DNA of 64,000 nucleotides from Felis catus (lineage: Eukaryota). The position numbers and the translations under genes were made by a program. The stretch spans positions 2,046,001-2,110,000 of the forward strand of contig NC_058381.1 of NCBI RefSeq assembly GCF_018350175.1, in the 5' to 3' direction. Below, in pieces: positions 12,336-24,313 of this stretch (position 1 is its first letter; each line of letters begins with the position of its first letter). The notes under the pieces were generated by a model that was given only the letters and a program-made list of their open reading frames with translations, did not search any database and was not told the DNA's origin.

Positions 12336-13304
12336 ACTCTGCAAAGGGACTGTCAGACCCAGAAAGCCAGAGGGCGCAAGCTCTCAGGGCCTTCTGTCCC
12401 ATCCTGGTGCCCACAGAACCGCCGTGCCCAAGAACAAGGCCTCTTGGCCCGCCTCCCCCCGGGGCAGTGTGTTGCCTGTGCCAACCTTTCTTGTCTCGTT
12501 GAGGACTCGTAGCTCTTCCTTGCTCCCACGACCTTTCCTGGAGGATCCCGGAGCTCAGCCTGCTCCCCTGCGCTGTGAATCGGCCGTGAACACCCAAAGC
12601 CAAGATCTTCACGTGCCTTACATGTGATTTCTACTTTGCTGCCCTTCCAGCTTTCTTCTCTGAAGACCGATGTTTGGGAGAGAGGGAAGCCCTTCTGAGA
12701 TAAACCTAAAGAAGGAAACTGGATAATAATGAGAACCTCACAAAGAGCTGGGGCGCATGTGCTTGGGTTGGCTGAATGGGTTCGTGGCTAGGAAGCGGGG
12801 AGGGGAAGTATCCATATGAACCCTGGACTCTGCTCTCTGGGCCACGGTTCCTCTGCCTTGTCCACTGACCTCCTCTTTCCCAGGCTCCCCCCATGACTCA
12901 GAAAAGAAACGAAGACAGCAGTGAGGACACAGGGTGGGGGGAGTCTGGGAGGGGCAGCAGAAGCTTAAAGCGCTAAGGTCTGGGTCTAGCATTTCCCACA
13001 GGCCAAAGGAGCCAGAAACACAGGAAAGACTCAGCCGGGAGGTCTGGAGGGGGCTGTTAGGTCCCTCATGAGCTCCCCACCCCGAACGCACGGAAACTTA
13101 GGAACAGCTTTTCAGAGACTCCCTGTTAAAATGGCAACAGCTTGGGCAAAGACAGGTGGACCAGCTGGACGGACGGAAAAACACCCCAGAGTTCAGTGGG
13201 ACCCCGTTCGTTTGAGTCAGCCTTCTTAAATATCTTCAGCAGAATGTTTGCAGCGCCCTAGATTGGCTAACAGCTGGAGCTTGCAGGAAACCGGATAGAA
13301 ATTC

Positions 13305-13310
13305 TTTATT
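13305..13310 (-). terminator. SLC16A11: SLC16A11 polyadenylation signal
   Basis: AATAAA on the minus strand 24 nt after the stop codon. Confidence 0.7.
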
Positions 13311-13334
13311 GGGGGAGTGGCCCAAACAAAACGG

Positions 13335-13570
13335 TCAACATGTAGTGTCCAGAGTGGATCGAGGGCCTCCCGAGGAGAGCAGGGCGACCGGAAGAACCGG
13401 GAGCAGCTCCCCCCTCTCGGGAGGAGGGGTGGCCTGCCGCGAGGGGGAGGCCGGTGGGCAGGAGGGCAGCGCCCCCGGCAGCCCCATGTAGATGAAGCTG
13501 CCGGAGAGAATGAAAGAGCCGCAGGCGAGGAAGGAGGCGGTGAAGTCCCCGGTCTCGTCCCTTAGGAAGC
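13335..13570 (-). CDS. SLC16A11: SLC16A11 last coding exon
   Basis: FLRDETGDFTASFLAC..TTC TGA. Confidence 0.93.
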
Positions 13571-15263
13571 CTGCAAGGAAGGGGAAAGGAATTTAGAGGC
13601 CTGGGACCCAGGGGTGGGGGGAGGCGGTAGGGAGGGGACAGAGGATGGTTGGGAGCGGATCTGCTGGCTCGGGCCCTTACCTGACAGGGGAGGGCCCAGA
13701 AGCCCCCCCAGACTCATCAGCATCATCACCAGCCCTGTGGCCTGTACGACACCTCCGACGCCCACTAGCCCCGGGAGCACACCGAAAACCAGGGGGGCGT
13801 AGCTTCCGGCGCTCAGCCCGTAGGCCCCAGCCGCGGCCAGCAGGGCCCCCCGGCAGCCCTCCTGGCTCCCCGCCAAGGGCACCAGTCCCACGGCCAGCAC
13901 CCCCAGCCCGGTCAGAGCCCCGAACACCAGCAGAAGCCGCGAGAGGGGCACCCAGCCCTGGTCCGCCAGCCAGCCGCTGATCAGCCGCGCGCCCGCGTCC
14001 CCCACCGCAGCCACGGCCACCACCAGCGCTGCCCCATACCCGCCCAGGCCCCGGTCTAAAGCGTGGGGGGCCAAGTGCACGTAGGGGACGAAGTAGCCGC
14101 CCCCAACCAGGGCTGTGCCCAGAGCAAAAACTGAGAAGGCCCGGCGCGCGAAGAGACCCAGGCCGAGGGCAGCTAAGGGCCCGCGGGGTGGCGCCGGGGG
14201 GTCGCCAGGGAGCACCAGGGGTCGCAGCAGGGCGCCACAGGGGGCGAGGTGGAGGGTGATGGCGCCGAGGACGAGCAGGGCGCCCCGCCAGCCGAAGGTG
14301 TCAAGGAGGAGCTGCAGGGTGGGCGCCAGGAGCAGCGAGGAGGCCCCGTTGCCCGTGAGCGCCAGCCCCACGGCCAAGACTCGACGGCGGGAGAAGTAAC
14401 GGGACAGGGTTCCCAGGGCAGGGGCGAACACCAGGGCCCAGCCGGAGCCTGCGAACGGACAGGACGGGGTGACGACAGGGACCCGGGATGCTCTGTGCCA
14501 GCAATCCCAGCCCGGATCCTCGCAGGAGGCCCCGCCCCTTTGGCCTCCAGCCCCCAGGAAGCGCCCACCTCCACCATCACCCCTTAAGGACCCGGGTGTC
14601 CCTCTCCCCTCACCAGCAAGGACGCCCAGGCCAAGGTAGAGGTGCAGCAGACTGCGAGCGAAAGCGGAGAAGACGAAGCCCAGCGAGGTGAGGACGCCCC
14701 CAACCATCACCACGGGGCGCGCCCCCCAGCGGGTGCTCAGGGCGCTGCCCACTGGGCCTGGAAGGGGGCGGAGTCAACGGAAGACACGCCTCTGGACCCC
14801 CAAACTCTATCCAGCACTCCTCTTTGGCGGCTCGCCAGGCCTAAAGCGTCTCTCTGCCCGCCCCCCCACCCCACCCCGCCTAATAGCTCCTGCCCTTGAC
14901 CTCAAGACGAGACCCTCTCTTTTCTAGAACTCGTTCCCCCCGGTCCCCACCGGTCGCCCTTTCTCAAGGGCTGTCTGGTGAGCAGGTGGGTCCTCCGCCA
15001 CCGCACACACTCTCCGCCACTCCACCCCGGTCCCCGCCTCCCACCTGGGGGTCCCCCTCACTGGCTGCCTGCTGCACCGCCAGGGCCAGGGCGCTGACCC
15101 ACGCAGTGTCCTGAGTGCTTCGATCAAAGTGCTCCGCGAGGTCAGGGAGGGCGAGGCCCAGCGAGCGTAACAGCCCGTAGGAGAGCCCATTCACCGCGAA
15201 GGCTGCGGCGGCCACCACCCAGCCCCAGCCCCCGTCCGGGGGTCCGGCAGGCTTGGGGGTCAT
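13335..15263 (-). CDS. SLC16A11: Monocarboxylate transporter 11 (MCT11), spliced CDS, 449 aa
   Basis: complement join(15263..15062,14757..14614,14448..13681,13570..13335)=1350 nt; [15 protein letters not shown]; exon phases match paralog SLC16A13; ends STLDTTC*. Confidence 0.96.
13681..14448 (-). CDS. SLC16A11: SLC16A11 coding exon 3
   Basis: SGWALVFAPAL..GGLLGPPLS. Confidence 0.95.
14614..14757 (-). CDS. SLC16A11: SLC16A11 coding exon 2
   Basis: [20 protein letters not shown], 144 nt. Confidence 0.95.
15062..15263 (-). CDS. SLC16A11: SLC16A11 coding exon 1
   Basis: MTPKPAG..AVQQAA; acceptor before 15269, donor gtgag. Confidence 0.93.
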
Positions 15264-15546
15264 CGCCGTCTGGGGAAGGGGGGACACACAGCGTCGGCGC
15301 CTCCTCTAGGAGACCTGGGCATCCCCGAGATGCGGGTTCTGGCTGCTGGCCAGGGTGGGCACGGCCCCCTGAGCACGATAGGGCGGGGCGGAGGGAGCGG
15401 GAGTCAGGCCTAGGGATAACCGCCCCCCCCCCACCCTCCACCCCCCACCCCCCACCCCCCGGTCTGCGCGGGCTCCCGGGACGGGGTGACAGCCGGATCC
15501 CCCAGGCCTGGGGCTCCCCCTCCCACGCCCACCCCTCCCCCCTTAC

Positions 15547-15830
15547 CCGGCCCCTCCGGGCGGTGAGGGAAGGGGAAAGGCAAGGACACCCCGGCCAGGT
15601 TTTCTGCCTGCTTCCTGGGCGGGCGGGGCCCCGGAGGGGAGCGAGCGCCGAGATGGAACCCCACCTGGACCGGCTCTCTCGGTAAACAGAGCTGGCCACC
15701 GGGGCCTGAGCCACCTGGGACGCGGGGGGTGGGGGGGGTAAGGAGGGCGGGGGAGCTGACTGTCAGCCAATGGCCTAGCCGCCGGTGAGGCCAGACGCTG
15801 AGTCCCACGGGGATTGAATTATATACACAC
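15547..15830 (-). promoter_or_regulatory. SLC16A11: SLC16A11 promoter and probable non-coding first exon
   Basis: Donor CGG|GTAAGG at 15547/15546; GC-rich; forkhead site GTAAACA 15682-15688; CCAAT near 15767. Confidence 0.55.
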
Positions 15831-15832
15831 GC

Positions 15833-15834
<2 letters not shown>

Positions 15835-15878
<44 letters not shown>
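15835..15878. repeat. (AC)22 microsatellite
   Basis: Seen directly. Confidence 0.95.
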
Positions 15879-15880
<2 letters not shown>

Positions 15881-16599
15881 CTACCTCCCCACCAGGGAGG
15901 GGGGCGGGAAGAATGAACGCGGCCCCGCCCGGCTCAAGTCCACGCACCTGCCACCTGCTTCTCCTGGAGGAGACCCGTGGTTTGCAATCCAGGGCAAACC
16001 CAAGGTCGGTAAGGCAACACGTGGAAATAGGCGTGACCCCCAAGGCCAGGGGCGCTGAGTACTTTTGCTCTCAGGGAACATTGCTGGAGGGCCAGGCAAT
16101 TCTTGGATATCAAATCACTGACCTCCACTGAGTGCTCATTTCTTGCTCAGCAGTAACGGGGCCCTCAAGGACCCAGGGGGAGGAAGAAGATTCCTTTACT
16201 AGGAGACGCTGTGATGAGCCAGATGCCCTCCACCCATGTCACCTGTACACGCTCCCAGTAAACCCGTGAAGGTGTTGTGCCCAATTTACAAATGAAGCTA
16301 CTGAAACTTGGAGAGGCTAGGTGCCTTGCATCAAAGTAACCCAGCTAAAAGATGTTGGAAATACTTGAATTTGGTTGGATCTGTCCAACTGCAGACAGGT
16401 GAATGGAGAACAGGCCTAGGATTGTAATAGGATACCACAGTGGAGGGAAGGGCCTGGGGACAGTGTGATGGCTGACTAGCCTGGAAATGGCAGAGCTTCT
16501 GCAGGGCCATGGAGTTCGTGATTCTAAGATAAGCGTCACTGGGAAGAGAAAGGATCCTTGGGATCAGACTCGCGGAAGATTCAGATTCGAATTAAAAAA

Positions 16600-16806
16600 A
16601 ATTTTTTTTAACGTTTATTTATTTTTGAGACAGAGACAGAGCATGAACGGGGGAGGGTCAGAGAGAGGGAGACACAGAATCTGAAACAGGCTCCAGGCTC
16701 TGAGCCGTCAGCACAGAGCCCCACACAGGGCTCGAACTCACGGACCGCGAGATCAAGACCTGAGCCGAAGTCGGATGCTCAACCGACTGAGCCACCCAGG
16801 CGCCCC
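16600..16806 (-). mobile_element. Felid-type Can-SINE
   Basis: Full body with tRNA-like head, CT tract and A tail on the minus strand. Confidence 0.9.
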
Positions 16807-16950
16807 TCGAATTTTAAAAACAAAGTAAGAAATCTGAGAATTGGACCCAGGTACTGATTTCGTGGGGGAACTTTATTTAAAAGTATACTTTTTACACCAG
16901 GATTAAGGTTACCGTTGCTTTACCTCAGGTATTTGAATCAAGAGATCTGT

Positions 16951-17165
16951 GGGGCGCCTGGGGGGCTCAGTCAGCTAAGCGGAGACTTCGGCTCAGGTCA
17001 TGATCTCAACAGTTCGTGAGTTGCAGCCCCGCGTCGGGCACTGTGCTGACAGCTCGGAGCCTGGAGCCTGCTTCGGATTCTGTGTCTCCGTCTCTGCCCC
17101 TTCCCTGCTCATGCTCTGTCTCTCTCTGTCTCTCAAAAGTGAATAAACGTTAAAAAAAAAAAAAG
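16951..17165 (+). mobile_element. Can-SINE with 17-bp target-site duplication (TSD)
   Basis: tgaatcaagagat(c/g)tgt at 16934-16950 and 17166-17182. Confidence 0.92.
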
Positions 17166-17521
17166 TGAATCAAGAGATGTGTTCTTTGGTTTAATCATTG
17201 TGCAATGTCATAGAAAATGTGGCAATCTCCAGTTTGGAGCAGGCATCACCCGAGAGCCACGTGGGGGCAGTGTTCCCTAATTGTTGAGAGAGTATCTGGA
17301 AATTGGAGGAAAACGACCACATTTCTCTACTTTGGGGATTAGGCCTGTAACAGTCGAAAGTAGACTCCCCCTCTCCCCTCTCTCCTCTGCACTTACAGCC
17401 ATCAGTGCCTCACCTGCTCCGAGGACATGCCTGGCTTTTTCTCACTTGTGAATTTTTGCATGTGCGATGCCCACTCCTTGAAACGTCCTGGATGGGGAGC
17501 AGGAGTCCCTGAAGGTTTACA

Positions 17522-17860
17522 GTCCTGCCCCGTGCACCCCAGGAAAGTGGTCTTACCCCGTGCACCCTAGGAAAGTGGTCTTACCCCGTGCACCCTAGGA
17601 AAGTGGTCCTGCCCTGTGCACCCCAGGAAAGTGGTCTTACCCCGTGCACCCCAGGAAAGTGGTCCTGCCCTGTGCACCCTAGGAAAGTGGTCCTGCCCTG
17701 TGCACCCCAGGAAAGTGGTCTTACCCCGTGCACCCCAGGAAAGTGGTCTTTCCCTGTGCACCCTAGGAAAGTGGTCCTGCCCCGTGCACCCCAGGAAAGT
17801 GGTCTTACCCCGTGCACCCCAGGAAAGTGGTCTTGCCCCGTGGACCCTAGGAAAGTGGTC
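17522..17860. repeat. 28-bp minisatellite, 12 copies
   Basis: aggaaagtgg recurs every 28 bp from 17541 to 17849. Confidence 0.95.
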
Positions 17861-19164
17861 TCACCGGTTTCCCTCCAGCCAGGGCTGCTGTTGTGAGAGG
17901 CACCTGAAAGGCGGAGCCGGCAGACCCCCACTTCCCAAGCCTGCTGCTGAGGACTGTGCTGCAAGCTGTACCCCCTCTGAAACAAAGCTCGCACTGTCCG
18001 CTCTCCGTGGTGGAGTAAACACGCAGCGCTCAAAGAGGAGGCCGGCGCCCCTGGGTCTGGCGGTTGTACAAAGTGACCCTAAGCACCTTTACGGGCCACC
18101 TGTGAACCTAGAGGGCATCCCAGGGCCTGGGACTGGGCTGATTGGTGGTGAAAGGGCACGGTCATTTTCTCTCTCACGCTCCCTATATTTAGCCAAAATG
18201 ACCATCACTTTACAGCTTCTGCTTACGGAGCCAACACGGCGTCGGAGGTTGGGAGAACGGACTCCAAGCTGGACTTTCTCAGCTCAGCCGCTTATTAACC
18301 GTATGATGGTGAGCAAGTTACGCAGCTTCCCCGTGCCTCAGTTTCCCCATCTCTAAAATGGGGATAATGATAGTGGCTACGCGGTAGCGTTGGGAGGGGA
18401 TTAAATGAGCCGCTGTGTGTCTACGCCTATGAGGACAGGACCTCGAGAATGTTGGTCTCTGTTGCTCTGGGCGACCCCGGCTGGACCCCACAGGGCCCCT
18501 GCTCGGTCGAATGTTGCCGTCTCTCCCTTCCGAGCGCCCACAGTCAAATTAGGGCAAAGGCGAGATACAGAGAGCTCGACACAGGGAGAGGGACACAGAC
18601 CCCACCGAGCGGTGCATGGGAGGAGCTGACTCATTCATTCGCTCAGGTCTGCTGGGAAGGCTTCACAGAAGAGGAGCCCTTGAAGCTGGGTCTTGAAGGA
18701 TGAGTAGGAGTTTGCCAGATGGCTGCCGTGGGCGGGGACACTCCAGGCAAAGGCAGCGGCTTGTGGAAAATCACAAATGCAGGCACCAGCTTGGCATATT
18801 ATTTATTGTTTGGGGAGCCGTGACAAGCGACTGTGCGGAGACGAGAGAGAATACAGAACAGCGCAGGACAAAGCCACCAGGGTAGAAGAGGCTCCCGTCA
18901 TCCCAGGTCTTGAAGACCAGACTGAAGGGTTGAGATGTTTTCCCAGGGACCGATGCCCCTCGAAAATTTCCACTGACGTAGTAGCATTCGCGAACATCAG
19001 AAGCTGAACACAGAGGATGACGGAACACCCCAGTCGGGGCGGGGGGGGGGGCAGGAGAGTCCGGGGCGAAACACCTTTTTTTGAGGTGGAAATTTCTCTG
19101 AAATATCTTGTTTTGCGCTGAAAATTCACGTGAAGGTCTGCAGCCTACCTCATTCTAATCTTTT

Positions 19165-19495
19165 AAGTTTTATTTTATTTTTGATTTTTTTTAACATTTT
19201 ATTTTATTTTCTGAGAGACGGAGAGAAACAGAGGGTGAGCAGGGGAGGGGCAGAGAGAGAGAGGGAGACGCCGAAATCAAAGCAGGCTCCAGGCTGCGAG
19301 CTGTCAGCACAGAGCCCGACGCGGGGCTCGAACTCCCGAACCGCGAGATCGTGACCTGAGCCGAAGTCGGACGCCGAAAAGACTGAGCCACCCAGGTGCC
19401 CCCAAGTTTTCTCTAAGTCATCTCTACACCCAACATGCGGCTCGAATTCACGACCCCGAGATCAAGAGACTCACGATGCACCCACTGAGCCAGCC
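19165..19495 (-). mobile_element. Two adjacent Can-SINEs
   Basis: SINE heads and tails on the minus strand. Confidence 0.85.
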
Positions 19496-20302
19496 CCCTC
19501 TGCTTCATAACCTTCGACGCATATTTTCACGGGAAAATAATGCTTTAAGTGACAAAGCAAAGCATTTAAGTTTTTCTCCGCCAAGTCTCCACTGAGGGTG
19601 CAGCCAAGCCCCTGGGGGCAGTCGGCCCCGACCCCACCCACCGCTAATCAGCAATGGTTGCTTCCCTTGCCTACTTAACCCCCATGGAATCTTCTGGGCC
19701 CGCAGGAACATCACCCACCATTGTTTGTCCTCTGCCCCTCACCCCCACGTTGCCTGGGAGGCAGGCCCCGGCACTATTGATCTCCCGGGTCTTTGACACC
19801 AAGGTGCAAGGTGACAACTAATCCAGAGAAAACACAGAACAGGGGATTCATGGGCTGAGCAGACTGGATGGGGGTGGGGCGGCATCCCAAGCGGTGGCTG
19901 TGATGGGCCTGGGTGCCGCTGCCTGCCCACAGGGAGAAAGCCCCAGACACAGGCCCTGAGCCAGGGAGATCAAAAGAGAGGGTCAAAGTCTGCTCGTAAT
20001 TTGGGATCCAGGAGTGTGTCTGGCTATAAACACTATGAAACGGCTCTGGGACTTTCCCAAGGCAGCACCTGCAGGAGGTTCTCAGGGCCCCAGCGGTCTG
20101 AAACCCCAGGGAAGCCCTGAGCTGGGCCCAGCCATCCCCTGGGTCCGCCTGCCGGGTGGGATCCTTCTGCGGAAGGCCGGTGGGAGGGAAGGGGGCAGGC
20201 AGGGACACAGGGCCGTACTCGTCGAGGTAGGCAAAGTCTGACGCTTTCTGGAGTTGGGCCCAGCTGACCTTGGGCTTCCGCGTGCCTAACAAAGCTGCCT
20301 CT

Positions 20303-20468
20303 TGGGGCGCCTGGGTGAGTTCGGGGCTCGCGCCGGGCTCTGTGCTGACAGCTCGGAGCCTGGAGCTGCTTCAGATTCTGTGTCTCCCTGTCTCTCTCTG
20401 CCCCTCCCCTGCTCGCGCTCTCTCTCTCCCTCTCTTTCTCAAAAATAAATAAACATTAAAAATAAATT
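20303..20468 (+). mobile_element. Internally deleted Can-SINE
   Basis: Head joined directly to B box; TSD agctgcctctt. Confidence 0.85.
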
Positions 20469-21583
20469 TCAGAGCTGCCTCTTACCCCATCACCCCCAAA
20501 ATCTTCTCCTTCAGCGCACCCAGAGACCAGGCTTTGGGAAGTCAGCACAGACCTCAAAGCCCAGAGCCAAGGCCTGGAAAAGTGGAAGGAAACACGACCC
20601 AGGAAGGGGATGGGGACGCAAAGGTCCGGATTTGTGGGTCAGGGCCAGGCCATCACATGGGCTGAGATGCTCTGAAAAGAGGGGGGTGGGTAGGTAACAA
20701 AGCAGGGGGCAAAGGCGCCCACCCAGGACGGTGGGGCTCGTTGTGTGCAGGGAGCGAGTCCCCTTGGGTGACCACATGTGAATGGAGAACGAGGCCGGGT
20801 CCCCTGAACTGTCTGTGGGGGGCTGGGCCTGGGTAAGGGATTTGCTGAGTCTGTGGCTGAAGGAGCCTGGTGACGGGGTCACAGTCAGAACCCGCAAGAC
20901 AGAGCTGAGGCTGGAGCCTGGGCCGGGCTGGATCCTACCCTCCCTTACTCCTCACTGACTCCCCCTACTAGCCTGTGCCTCTTGCAGCCCAGCCCCATCC
21001 TGTCCCTCTGCCACTACCCCTGCCTCCCCAGACCCCTTCCCAAGGGGAAGGCCGGCAGCCTCTGGCTCCTGGGTCTTGCTGGAAGCCCAGTTTCCAATGA
21101 CAAGGGATCGGGAGAGCCGGAGCGCTCCGCTGAAGGCTTTGAGCCTGGTCTGTGTGTCTAAATGTCCAAACGTGTCTTACCTGGGATTTTCTGGTTCTGG
21201 GACTTGGGCTCACGTCTGTGTCAAAGCTCTTAATTACAGGCCATGGGCGCTAACTCTGACTTACTGAAGGAGAGAAATGGCGGATTACAGGGCACCAGGT
21301 AGCCTCGGAATTACCCAGAAGGCTACAGAACTTTGGCAGAAAATGGTCTGCCGAGGGCCTAGATGACTTACAAGGGCCACTGCTGTCACCGCGGGCCACT
21401 AGACGTTGCTTCTGGCTCTCTGCCACCACCGGGCCTAAACCCAAGCCCAGGGTCTGTGCTCCTGACCACCTGAACCCCAGTCACGTGCTCTCGTCCTAGC
21501 TGGAAGGGACACGGGGAAAGAGCACCTGTGCCCTCAGCGTCCCTAGGTAGGTGGATTCTTGTCTCCACCAAAAATAATGAGGC

Positions 21584-22035
21584 GGGGTGCCTGGGTGGCT
21601 CAGGCGGTTGAGCGTCAGACTTCGGCTCAGGTCATGATCTCACAGCTCATGAGTTCGAGCCCAGCATCCGCAGCTCGGAGCCTGGAGCCCGCTTCCGATT
21701 CTGTGTCTCCCTCTCTCTCTGCCCCTCCCCCGCTTGCACTCTGCCTCTCTCTCTGTGTCAAAAATAAAAACATTAGGGGTGCCTGGGTGGCTCAGTCGGT
21801 TGGGCGACGGACTTCAGCTCAGGTCATGATCTCGCAGTCCGTGAGTTCAAGCCCCGCATCGGGCCCTGTGCTGATGGCTCAGAGCCTGGAGCCTATTTCA
21901 GATTCTGTGTCTCCCTCTCTCTCTGACCCTCCCCTGTTCATGCTCTCTCTCTGTCTCAAAAATAAATAAACGTAAAAAAAATTTTTTTAATAAATTAAAA
22001 AAAATAAAAATGAAAACATTAAAAAACAATTAGAA
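21584..22035 (+). mobile_element. Nested Can-SINEs (second copy inserted in the tail of the first)
   Basis: Heads at about 21584 and 21776; outer TSD aaaaataa(t/c)gaggc, inner aaaacatta. Confidence 0.88.
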
Positions 22036-23829
22036 AAAATAACGAGGCACACGTCAATCATGTCTCAGCAAAGCGTAGACCAAGTGTGGGTGACCCTTCG
22101 TTCCGTTTCCTCCCGTTCTTCTGGCCACGGGCAGCCACCCTTTCGTCTTCTCTCGGTCCAGTGTGGTCTCCAGCTCCCTGCGGGCCTCCTGTCTTGATTC
22201 CAGAGGGGGAGTCACGCCAGAAAGGGCCAGAGGTGAGGGCTGTCATTTCCCCTCTGCAGTAACCCAACCTCTTAGCTACCTCTGCATCCTCTGGGCTGCT
22301 GTCTGCCTTCCCAGCCCCAGCCTGCGACCTTGTGTTGGACTTAAAGGACTCGCCCCTTAGGGGACTCCCGAAGCTGACAACCCTTCACATCTGCCGAGGG
22401 CTACCGGCACCCTGCTTGGCGGGATTCTGCTTCCCTGCGGAGCACCATCTTCCAGGACCAAAGCCAAGGTGGGAGGAGACAGGGAGTGAGAGAACAGGTT
22501 TTCCTGCCCCTGCCGGGATGTCACTTGGACATCCTAGAGCCAAACGTGTGTAAGGCAGAGCTTTGGGGATCAAGTAAGCGGGAGGGGGGCTGTTTTCTTC
22601 CCCCCCAGGAAGAGCTCCCTGCACAGACACCAGGAGCAGTGGGTGGGCAAGTCCCGAAGTCCCTGTGACCCTGGAGAGGCTGCCTGGCTGCCACTGAGGC
22701 CACAGGACCTCTGGCTTGTGTGCAGGGTGGGTCTTTCCCTTCGGGGTCCCGGCCTCCCACGGAGCCCCTCTTGTCTGCCCAAATCTCCTTTGTCCCGGCC
22801 CACACTTCAGGGTCATTTCCTCTGCAAAGCCTTCTCCAGCCTCTCCCTACTTGCAAAGCATTTTCAGTCCTGAGCAGTGCTTCCCCCAAAGGGTCCCTTC
22901 CTTCTCTCTCTTCCATTCAGGCAGGCGGCCTTTACCCAACTTTCTTCCCCCGGTCTCAAGTCCGGGCGTGTCTCTCTTTCTTGGTTTACAACCAGGAACT
23001 TCTCGCAGTGGGACCGACCCAAAGCACATTTGTGAGTCTAGTGTCTACTGTCTATTTGAACAGGGTGGTGGCGGGGGGTTGGCCTGAAAGGGAGTCACAT
23101 CGGGCTGGGCCTACAGAGGTGGAGGGGAGGCCTTGGGCATCCGGTCGACCAGCTGCCTAGCAGAGGCATGTGACTTACGGGTTATGAGCTTACCCGTCCT
23201 GGACCCAGAGATCCGGGAGGTGACAGGTTGGTGCCCAGGGCTCAGATGTCTTGGGACAGTGGCCAGCGATTGCTGGGAACAGTGAGCAGCAGTGTGGGGT
23301 AAGACTGGAACCTGAGCTCCATGGTACATAAAACCGGGTTGTTCTTCCGTGGCTTGTGGGTTTATTTCCCTGTTGTCCTTGAGGAGAGCGGATTCATCCC
23401 CTGAGTACACAGGGCTCAGGACCAGAAGCTTTCCGAGTGCTTACAGATATGTTACGGACCTGGAAAAAAAGTATATTCTAAAAGCCAAAAACTGCAAAAA
23501 TCTAAATGAATAAACGTCTAAGGAAATATGTGCAAAATACAATGGTAGCCAATCAACATCTTGGTTAAATTGCATATTCCTAAAGTTTCATTACATCGGC
23601 ACACAGTTTGTAGATTAGTTCTTCTCACTTCCTAGAATTTCCTGAATGTTCGTGCATTCAATCCGTTCCTTGTAGGCAATTCTAAAAAAGAAAACCCTTT
23701 CAAACACCTTAACAGCAAACATATTATGTTTTGTGTGCAATGTAAGTGTATTTTAATATACTCGATATTGAGAGGTAATACGGTCTGGTGGGAGGAACAG
23801 GGACCCTGTAACCAGACTGCCTAGGTTTA

Positions 23830-24048
23830 TTTTATTTTTTTTTTCAGCGTTTTTATTTATTTTTGGGACAGAGAGAGACAGAGCATGAACGGGGGAGGGG
23901 CAGAGAGAGAGGGAGACACAGAATCGGAAACAGGCTCCAGGCTCTGAGCCATCAGCCCAGAGCCCGACGCAGGGCTCGAACTCACGGACCGCGAGATCGT
24001 GACCTGGCTGAAGTCGGACGCTTAACCGACTGCGCCACCCAGGCGCCC
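23830..24048 (-). mobile_element. Young felid SINE with perfect TSD
   Basis: TSD ccagactgcctaggttta at 23812-23829 and 24049-24066; CpGs intact. Confidence 0.93.
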
Positions 24049-24132
24049 CCAGACTGCCTAGGTTTAAATTCTGGCTTTGCCACTTACCAGCTGAATCACC
24101 TAGAACAAATTATATTTAATTGTTTTTCATGC

Positions 24133-24313
24133 TTATTTATTCTTGAGGCGGGGGGGGGGAGGGACAGAGAGAGAGGGAGACACAGAATCCGAAGCAGGTT
24201 CCAGGCCCTGAGCTGTCAGCACAGAGCCCAAGGCGGGGAGTGAACCCACCAACTGTGAGATCGTAACCTGAGCTGAAGTCGGAAGCTTCAAGGACTGAGC
24301 CATCCAGGCGCCC
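24133..24313 (-). mobile_element. Can-SINE
   Basis: SINE body on the minus strand. Confidence 0.88.

Noticed and set aside
16951-17040. tRNA-like A and B boxes
   Set aside because: These are tRNA-derived SINE heads followed by CT tracts and A tails, not tRNA genes.
17522-17860. CRISPR-like regular repeats and ORFs 17581..18356
   Set aside because: Head-to-tail units without unique spacers, eukaryotic context, no cas genes; the ORFs are by-products of the repeat.
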